DNA of 64,000 nt, from positions 2,914,001 to 2,978,000 of the forward strand of contig OZ024756.1 of the NCBI GenBank assembly GCA_964016885.1, given 5' to 3'. Below, piece after piece: positions 50,981-64,000 of the stretch. This DNA comes from Eledone cirrhosa (lineage: Eukaryota). How positions within the stretch are numbered: the first letter of the stretch is position 1; each line of letters opens with the position of its first letter. Both the position numbers and the translations under genes were made by a program. The notes below the pieces were generated by a model. That model ran no database searches, was not told where the DNA came from, and saw only the letters and a program-made list of their open reading frames with translations.

Positions 50981-51193
50981 TCGGTGTCTTGTTCCTATAT
51001 AGATATATAGATATATATGTGTGTGTGGGTGTGGTTTGTGTGTGTTGTAGAGTCGGTTTGAGGATATATATGTGTGTCTGTGGTTGAGTGAGTATGTGTG
51101 TCGTTTGTGTGGTTGGTTGTGTGTATGTATGTCGTTGATTCTATGTATGTATGGTTATGTGTTTGTGTGTTAGTGAGTGTGTATGTGTGAGTA

Positions 51194-51238
<45 letters not shown>

Positions 51239-51326
51239 TAGTGAGTGTGTATGATTGAGTATGTGTCTGTAGCTAGCAATCTAATAATTACATGGTACCC
51301 ACTTGCTGAAATATCTAAAATTAAGA

Positions 51327-52312
51327 TAACAACGACAGCAACAACAACAACAACAGCAACAATAACAATAACAATAACAACAACAACAGCAACAATAACA
51401 AGAGCAACAACAACAACAATAACAACAACAACAACAACAGCAACAACAGCAACAACAACAATAACAACAACAACAGCAACAATAACAAGAGCAACAACAA
51501 TAATAACAACAACAACAGCAACAATAACAATAGTAACAACAACAGCAACAATAACAAGAGCAACAACACAATAACAACAACAACAGCAACAATAACAATA
51601 ACAACAACAACAGCAACAATAACAACAGCAACAATAACAACAACAACAGCAACTTCAACAACAACAACAACAACAGCAACAACAGCAACAACAACAACAG
51701 CAACAACAACAACAGCAACAACAGCAACAGCAACAACAGCAACAATAACAGCAACAACAGCAACAGCAACAACAGCAACAATAACAACAACAACAGCAAC
51801 AACAGCAACAACAGCAACACCAACAACAACAATAACAACAGCAACAACAACAACAACAACAACAGCAACAATAACAGCAACAACAACAACAACAGCAACA
51901 ACAACAACAACAGCAACAACAACAACAACAGCAACAACAGCAACAGCAACAACAGCAACAACAACAGCAACAACAGCAACAACAACAGTAACAACAACAA
52001 CAACAGCAACAACAACAACAACAGCAACAACAACAACAACAGCAACAACAGCAACAGCAACAACAGCAACAACAACAGCAACAACACCAACAACAACAGT
52101 AACAACAACAACAACAGCAACAACAACAACAACAACGGCAACAGCAGCAACAACAACAACAGCAACAACCAGCAACAGCAGCAACAACAACAACAGGCAA
52201 CACCAACAACAACAGTAACAACAACAACAGTAACAACAACAACAGCAACAACAGTAATGACGCCAACAAACTCGGTTTTAATATCTTGGAGTCTATACTT
52301 CGGCGATTATGT

Positions 52313-52343
<31 letters not shown>

Positions 52344-52549
52344 GCTACTACTGCTACTATTGCTACTACTGCTACTACTGTTGTTAATACTACTACTACT
52401 ACTACCACTACTACAACTACTACCACCACCACTTCTACTACTATTACTACTACTACTACTGTTGTTAATACTACTACTACTACTACTACTACTGTTGTTA
52501 ATACTACTACTACCACTACTACAACTACTACCAGCACCACTACTACTAT

Positions 52550-52600
<51 letters not shown>

Positions 52601-52611
52601 CACTACTACTA

Positions 52612-52668
<57 letters not shown>

Positions 52669-52690
52669 TCACTACTACTACGACTACTAT
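51327..52690. repeat. (CAA/CAG)n tract (51327-52256) and (CTA)n tract (52313-52690)
   Basis: Direct inspection. Confidence 0.97.
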
Positions 52691-53708
52691 TGAATTATAT
52701 ATTAATTATAATGTAATGATAAGACGATGACGATGATTATGATGCTGACAATATCATGACGACCACGACGACGACGGTAATAAAGATGAGAGGAAGAGGA
52801 GAAGTATGTAGAGGAGTAGAATGCGGTGTGTTGTGTGTGGTTGTTGATGATGGCAAGTATGATGATGTATTCTCATCTATCTTACTGATATTTAGTAGAC
52901 TAAAAAACAAACACCAACACACAACAAAATAGCAACAAGAATAAAAATAAATAAACTAAAATAAAAAATAAAATAAAAACAAAAAATAGAAATAATAATA
53001 ATAATAAAAAATAATAATAATAAAATAATAATAATAAATGAAATAAAAAAAAAAATAAAAATATATAAAATAAAATAGAAAAAAATAATATGAAATGAAA
53101 ATAAAGATGAAAATAAAAATGAAATAATGATAAATGAAAGAAAAATAAATGTAGCAGCGGCAACCGTAACCGAGAGAGAGCGGTTTGAGTTTCATCAGTT
53201 TGTGTTTAATGTTACTATCTTACGTGTTGTAATGTTAAGGAAACAGTTTTATTTAACCAACTGACACTGGCCAACCTAAACATATTTGACATCTGCCAAC
53301 GTCTCAGTTAGCAATTGAGAAAAACAGAAACAACAACTAATATAAAAGCAAACACATTCAAAAACAGTATAAACTAGCAAAAACCAGCTTTGTGAAATCG
53401 TCACCGGAGAACAGGCAAAATATAGACACGAAACCATTATATATATATATATATATATACATTAATCAGTAATATAAACGATGTATATATGTGTGTGTGT
53501 GTATTTGTGTATGTTTCTGTATGTGTGTACTCTGAGTGTTAGGTTTGTGTTTTTAATAATACAAACTTAATTATATCATTGAGTGAGTAAGGAATCGACC
53601 GAAGCTGTACCGATTAGCTTCGTGTACATATATATATGTATATACATACATGATACATACATGCCTACATACATACATACATACAAACATACACACACAC
53701 ACACACAT

Positions 53709-53768
<60 letters not shown>

Positions 53769-53971
53769 CGTTTCTGAATTTGTTTAGCAAGATTCTTTAT
53801 CTGAAATCGTGTGTTGAAACCGATATTGTTATACTTAGGGAGGGTCATGTTGCCAATAAGAAACACACGCACCAGTGGCAATCACTTCAATTTATTATAA
53901 TAAATTTATAATAAATTTATAAATTTCTGGTTGGTTGGTTAGTTCCACAACCAGATAGTTGTTTATATATT

Positions 53972-54014
53972 GTCATAGTTCTTTCGTCACACACTCTGTG
54001 ACCTCTTCAGTGAC
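53972..54014 (-). ncRNA. Minimal hammerhead ribozyme motif
   Basis: GUCA-CUGAAGA-G-GUCACA-GAGUG-UGUGAC-GAAA-GAAC-UA-UGAC. Stem I 4 bp, stem II 6 bp. Confidence 0.7.
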
Positions 54015-54083
54015 TGGGGATTCCTTTCTTTGTTTCTGTGCCTCTCCTTTGTTCTGTCCTACGCCAATTTGTTTCTGTGTGTG

Positions 54084-54132
54084 CCACTAAATCAAACCGA
54101 TTTAAATACTTTAAATCGGTTTGATTTAGTGG
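54084..54132. repeat. Perfect 23-bp inverted repeat, 3-nt loop
   Basis: ccactaaatcaaaccgatttaaa-tac-tttaaatcggtttgatttagtgg. Confidence 0.97.
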
Positions 54133-54343
54133 AGCATTCGATGAGCAAATGCTCTAGATTAGGCATTAGCCATGTTTATACGAAACCCCTGGACACGTCC
54201 TAGATTCTTTCATATATAGCTATGTACTTTAAAAAGTTTATATTTATCTAAAAATCTGCCGGTATACTTCTATGTAAGAATCTTTACGTTATGATCCAAG
54301 CCCAGGCCCACCAGGACACTAGTTTCATTATTAAGGAAAAAAG

Positions 54344-54534
54344 GGCGGTGGATTGGCAGTATTGCTAATGAGTCAGACGCAATACTTTCCAGCATAGTTA
54401 CATCCCTTTACGGTCTGAGTTCAAATCTCCCGCCGAGGTTAACTTTGCCTTTCATCCTTAAAAAAGGTCGATAAAACATAAAGTACCAGTAATACACTTG
54501 AATAATTGCTGGCCTTGTGCCAAAAGTAGAAACA
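54344..54534 (+). mobile_element. tRNA-derived SINE copy
   Basis: ggcggtggattggcagt...gagttcaaat...gcctttcatcc...ggtcgataaa. Confidence 0.88.
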
Positions 54535-54885
54535 TTTGTTAATGAAAAAACCTATTTTTCTAAATATCTAAGTATTCTCAATTATTTGTAAATTATTTTA
54601 AAATCGCAGACATAGACAGTGCCTTTCATGGGAAATACAGTAATAAAAGAGTTAACAAAACTATAATTCAAGGAATGTTCAGCGGCCTGTAGAGGCCTGT
54701 GGCAGCTCTAAAAAATACACTAGTTCTTCTATGTTCTTTGCTAAAATGTCATCTTCTCAGACTTATGATCTTCAGTGGTATCGTTCAGTAACTCTACACA
54801 TTTCATCTTCTTTTACATTTTTTTGTACAGAAATTAAGTGGAAACCAACTGACAGAAGAACATTTTAACAGCTGTGCTGCTGTGA

Positions 54886-58890
<4,005 letters not shown>

Positions 58891-59735
58891 TAACTATGTA
58901 CACGTACATACATATATGTATACAGACGTACAGTAGTATGTATATATATATATACATACATGCACACATATATATATATATATATATGTACGTATGGATT
59001 CACCGAACATTTATTATAATGCTCGGTGTGTTTGTAAACAAACATTCCGTATTAAGCCGTAGTATCTAGCAACCATCGTTGCTCGTTTGTTCAACACTGA
59101 CAAAGGAACGCTGTACTAGTTTCAAGCTTGTTAGCTATCGTCAGTAACGTAACCCTTCCTGTCAGGTTGTTGAACGTATATACTTACCTTATGCATAATA
59201 AAAACTGAGAAGCCCAATTAGCATATCGAGTGGGTTAATCGGCCGGGTGCACTGAAAACGATAAACGGAAAAAATGAAACGAAATTTCATTTCCCACTGT
59301 TAGTACGGCTGTTACTTAAATATAAGTATGTACACGTACATAAATATATGTATACAGACTTACAGTAGTACGTATATATATATATATATACATACATGCA
59401 CACATATATATATATATATGTACGTATGGTTTCACCGAACATTTATTATATATATATAATATATATATAATATATATATATATAAATTCTCAACAGTTCA
59501 TTACGTAACTGTCTTTATCCCATTGCAGAAAACTAATTAGTTGGAGTGAAAATTTAAGTAAGTAAGTTAATTCTTTTAAAAAAAAATTTTTTAAAGAAAT
59601 TTTCTTATTTTACGTCTTATATATTATTGTTCTGCATTCTCCTGCATTGAACCACCTCGGTACTATGACATAACCTGTGTATTTGCTGGCATTAGCGTAC
59701 ATATGTGCGCTTATGTTAGTAGATATATTAAATTA

Positions 59736-59791
<56 letters not shown>

Positions 59792-59797
59792 ATATAT

Positions 59798-59849
<52 letters not shown>

Positions 59850-59855
59850 ATATAT

Positions 59856-59888
<33 letters not shown>

Positions 59889-59927
59889 GTAATATATATA
59901 TATATATAATATATATATATATAATAT

Positions 59928-59965
<38 letters not shown>

Positions 59966-60270
59966 ATATATATATATATATATATATATGTAATATATAT
60001 ATATATATAATATATATATATATAATATATATATATATAATATATATATATAATATATATATATAATATATATATATATATATAATATATATATTTATAT
60101 AATATATATATATATAAATAAATAATATATATATACTCCTTTTGCCTCTATCTTTGCTACGGCCCTTGATAAACCTGTTCTACATCATCCACTCTCATCC
60201 CAGGAACAGTTTTTGATAGCGCTAGTTTGTGATTTAAATTCAGGAATTTTATATTCTTTGAATGAAAAGA

Positions 60271-60354
60271 ACCTTCTGACGAGAATCTCTCTTTGCAACG
60301 AAGGCCGTATGGTCTCCGTTTTATTTTTGGGATTCGAAACCGATCGGTAAAGGT
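60271..60354 (+). ncRNA. Type I hammerhead ribozyme motif
   Basis: ACCUU-CUGACGA-GAAUCUC...GGGAUUC-GAAA-CCGAUCGG-UA-AAGGU. Intact core, 5-bp stem I, 7-bp stem II, palindromic stem III. Confidence 0.85.
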
Positions 60355-60462
60355 AACTATAGTAGGTAAAGTCAATTTTTTAAAATTTATTTTGAAACTT
60401 TTTCATTATTTACTAAACCTTGTTTATATATATATATATATATATAATATATATAATATATG

Positions 60463-60519
<57 letters not shown>

Positions 60520-60752
60520 GTATATATATACATATATATATAATATATATATATAATATATATATATATAAATAAATAATATATATATATAATATATATA
60601 TATAGTATTTTCCGTAGTGTTGTAATATAAATATTACACACAGTAGATGGACAGCTCACGTAGAGTTTGCTCGATGGTTCCAGTTGTAGTTCCAAAAGTA
60701 ATCCGGAGAAAAATAGAAGGATTTTAATGGATACAGTTTAGTTAAAATGAAT

Positions 60753-60873
60753 TTATTGACACGTGTTTCTATAACAGTTACATAACCTGAAAACAGCTGC
60801 TATCTACAGAGTATTAGTTATGCAGACATTCAATATTTCAATGTTATTATCAACTGTCATTTCATCGGAATAA
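60753..60873 (-). ncRNA. Hammerhead ribozyme motif downstream of the Penelope ORF (same strand)
   Basis: UUAUU-CCGAUGA-A-AUGACAGUUG...UAACUGUUAU-A-GAAA-CACGUG-UC-AAUAA. U4-to-C variant core. Confidence 0.72.
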
Positions 60874-61365
60874 TTTTACTGAGGACCTGTTTGTTTTTTA
60901 TAGAGAATATTAGGAGGGAGGGGTGAAGTTGTTAGAAGAATAGTTGAGGGAGTGGTTTTTTGATAGCAGTGAGAATTTTTGGTGGCAGTGAGTAATTTGA
61001 TTCCCATCTGTTGTTTTGACCAATATATTATTGATTATTTTTCTAAATCTATAGAAGGATTAGAGATAGTATAGATATGCGTGGTTGGTTTTGTGTTTGC
61101 ACTTAATTAACATTCAGACTTAAATTTTTCTTTCAAGTGTACGTATCCTTTCGCCCACGCATTTACACACAAACATATATGCACACCTCTACAAAATACA
61201 TATACTCACATATACATACTTACATGCTCATACTTACATACATATACACAAGCATACATATATACATGTACATACATAGGCGTTCATGTGTATACATTTT
61301 CATACTCAACTTATCTTTATATACACACGTATAGACACACACATATATACACACATACTCCAGAC

Positions 61366-61432
<67 letters not shown>

Positions 61433-61707
61433 ACTTTAATACATGAATGCACTTACATCTAACTATACACATCAAACATATATATATATTTACTTATTTA
61501 TATACATTTTCACATATATATACATAGTTATGGTCGCTTTTAGACACATTCATTATAGAATATTTGCACCTATTCTCATCAGCATATCTTTCCATTATTA
61601 GTGTGGTAATTTAAGGTTATTAATATACATATATATGTTGAGAAGAGATTGTTTTTATATTTTTCTAACTAGATTGAGGTTTATATAGTTGGTGGGTTGT
61701 CCCTCTT

Positions 61708-64000
61708 TTATGTAATATTCAGCTTGTAGTGGGAAAAAAGGGTTTTAGTTCGGTGACGGCAGAATAATGTTCGTTCAATTCTGTTATTCAGCAATTTCCT
61801 CTTGTGTGTGATTATGTAATAGATCTCAAGATTACACAATTTTCAGAAATTTTGGCTCCTGGAAAAGCTTTGGGTTTTAGCTAATTTCTCCCATTTTAGG
61901 GTAAACTTTTGATCGCTATCCCTGAGCGTCCAAGCTTTTTCTGCTAAAGTTGTTACATTTCTTTGGCTCTGGTGTTTTATTGAGTAAGAATGCCTATATA
62001 ATCGAGATTTAAACGATGTTGCCGTTGATCCCACGTAATACCAATCGTTGCCTCCGGATTTAATGGTACACTTATAAATAATATTTTTTTCCAGGCAGTT
62101 ATTGCCGAGGGGGCAGTTGTCAGGATAGGTGCAGTTACAGTTGTGTACGTTGGGTTTTCTCTGGAGTAGTATTGCGGACGAACGTAGGTGTGGTTTATTT
62201 ATGTTCTGTAGTGTATTGTCTACTGTTTTTTTGTGTTCTTTGTACTTAAGTTTTTAGTGTTTTCGTTTAACCTTCTAGTATTGATCTTTTTTATGTGTTG
62301 TTCAAGATTTAACGCTGTAGAGTATGACAGTCTTATAGTGGTAGGGTTTAGGATTTTGTGGTATCTGTGTGATGTAGGAAAATGTCTCTTAATTATTTTA
62401 AAGAAGAGTACTGGTAAATTTGTACTAATGGAACTATTGTATTCAGGGTTATACCATAAGTACTCTTTGCATCGCTTTCTATTAGTTTTGTTTGTTGGTT
62501 TACTGGTGTGTATACTATGGTAGTAAGTGTGGTTTGGTGTTGTGTTATTATATCTACCTATGTGGGATTTATTTTGGGTGTTTTGATTGTTCTCATCTAT
62601 ATACTCTATTTTGTTGAGGTAGCCTGCTTTACTAAGGGCGTTATCGTAGTACTCGGCGTGTTCCTTAAATACTTGTATGTTAGAAGATAGACCCGATATT
62701 CTAAGGGAAATATTTTTAGGGATAGATTTAATTATAGAGATGGGGTGGTTAGACCCAACATTTACGTACTTGAGATTTTCATTCAATTTATGAAACGGTT
62801 TAATCAGACCAGAGTTTAAATTGAGTGTGACATCCAGGAAGTTAACTACTTTAAGGTTGTATTCATATGTTATAGTTAGTCCTATTTCGAGTAGTAGTTT
62901 TCTTATATCTTTGCGTAGTTTTTCTAGTTTTTGGTTATTTATGTTTTTAACTAGGAGGAGAACATCGTCGCGGTATATTCCGCCGTGGAGATTGCTGAAT
63001 TTTTCCTGGAGTCTAAAGGCGATAAATAACCCCACAATATCAGTTATTTCCGCCGAATCGTTAGAGCCCATTGTTATGTCAAAGTTAGAGGGTCTATCTT
63101 TACGTACCCAATAACTGTTCTCAAATTTGACTATAGTTTTCCTAGCTTCTAATATAATCTTAATTTCATCGTTTGTAAGATCAGAGTTATCCTTAGAAAA
63201 CTTAATGGCTCTATTCAAAGTTTCAGGTGATATCGATGAGTAATATTCGTCGATATCAAACTGGATAAACTTAGATTTGTTCTTATTGCTAATGCTATTA
63301 AACCATCTTATTGCTTCTTGGGTCTTCCCCCAGAGTTTAATGTTAACCTTAGCCTTAATTTGGGGGATGATTCTATCTAAGATATATTTGCTTATTTTAC
63401 CTATATCTGATTTAGAGGGGCAGATTAATCTAATTTTAGGGTCATTATCAAAGTTTACCTTATGGTCCTTAAGATTGAAGATGGGTACCGCCGGTAAGAG
63501 TGGTCCTGTCCTATCTTCGATCCCGAGATTTTTCACTATTTCGCATGCCTCATCATTAATGTGCTTAAGAGTTACTTCATTCGTTTTTCTATATGTTTTA
63601 TGTAATTCTTTTCGAATGAAGTTGTTGTATGTAGTGCAGTCCATAGTATACAGGTTTGATGTTTTGTCCGCTTTTACTACAATTCCTTTGGTGTTTTTAA
63701 GGTCGTCCAGTAGTTTTTTAATATCTTTCTGTAATTTGTTGTTGGTGTTACGTCCTTTGAATTTAATTTTAAGGATTAAGTCCATAAGGTCCTGCTCAAA
63801 TGCATCTAATAGTGGGTTGGTGGGTGGGTTTTTACACGTTCTAAAACCAAATTTGTTGTTTACACCACTTTCCGATGGTGAGTTCATACGGCTTCTATCA
63901 TAGTGGAGCGTTTTCCACCTGACACGTCGAATGAATTCATTAGTTTTTTGAATCATACTCAATAAGTATTCCCTTTTACCTTGGGTTGGTATGATTTTGA
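61708..64000 (-). mobile_element. Penelope-like element ORF: RT + C-terminal GIY-YIG endonuclease, interrupted; 5' end outside the window
   Basis: ORF 62220-63962: KADK, K.HK, RLI, FDIDEYYSSI, MGS, YRDD, FLDV, SNHP. After a frameshift near 62226-62232: CNCTYPDNCPL..NIIYKC..YVGST..FKSR..F*KLCNLE..LNNR..CRH, with the final stop at 61708. Confidence 0.93.

Overview
Eukaryotic, repeat-saturated DNA. The SINE and microsatellite signature suggests a cephalopod such as Octopus (inference). I could not support any host gene. Contents: (1) three minus-strand L1/Tx1-type LINEs: one full-length with open ORF1 and ORF2 (43672-49299), one full-span but decayed and internally deleted (29783-34641), and one 5'-truncated (1-1988). 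(2) Fragments of an RLE-type (R4/Dong-like) LINE, plus a related ~600-bp non-coding unit. (3) A Penelope-like element (RT + C-terminal GIY-YIG) at the right edge, and a second GIY-YIG relic. (4) A Tc1/mariner fragment, a Helitron-like relic, many tRNA-derived SINEs, several minisatellites, long microsatellites and a 200-N gap. The main pattern is that each retroelement family sits in its own microsatellite: Tx1 copies in (ATT)n, (TCTG)n or (TCTA)n with no poly(A) tail, and RLE elements in (ATAC)n. Both Tx1 ORF1 stop codons lie inside a conserved GGTAAGTG splice-donor-like motif. About a dozen hammerhead-ribozyme or hammerhead-like motifs occur, including one downstream of the Penelope ORF, two fold-back palindromes built from ribozyme halves, and a 68-bp tandem array with a hammerhead-like core. 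All alignments and folds were done by eye.
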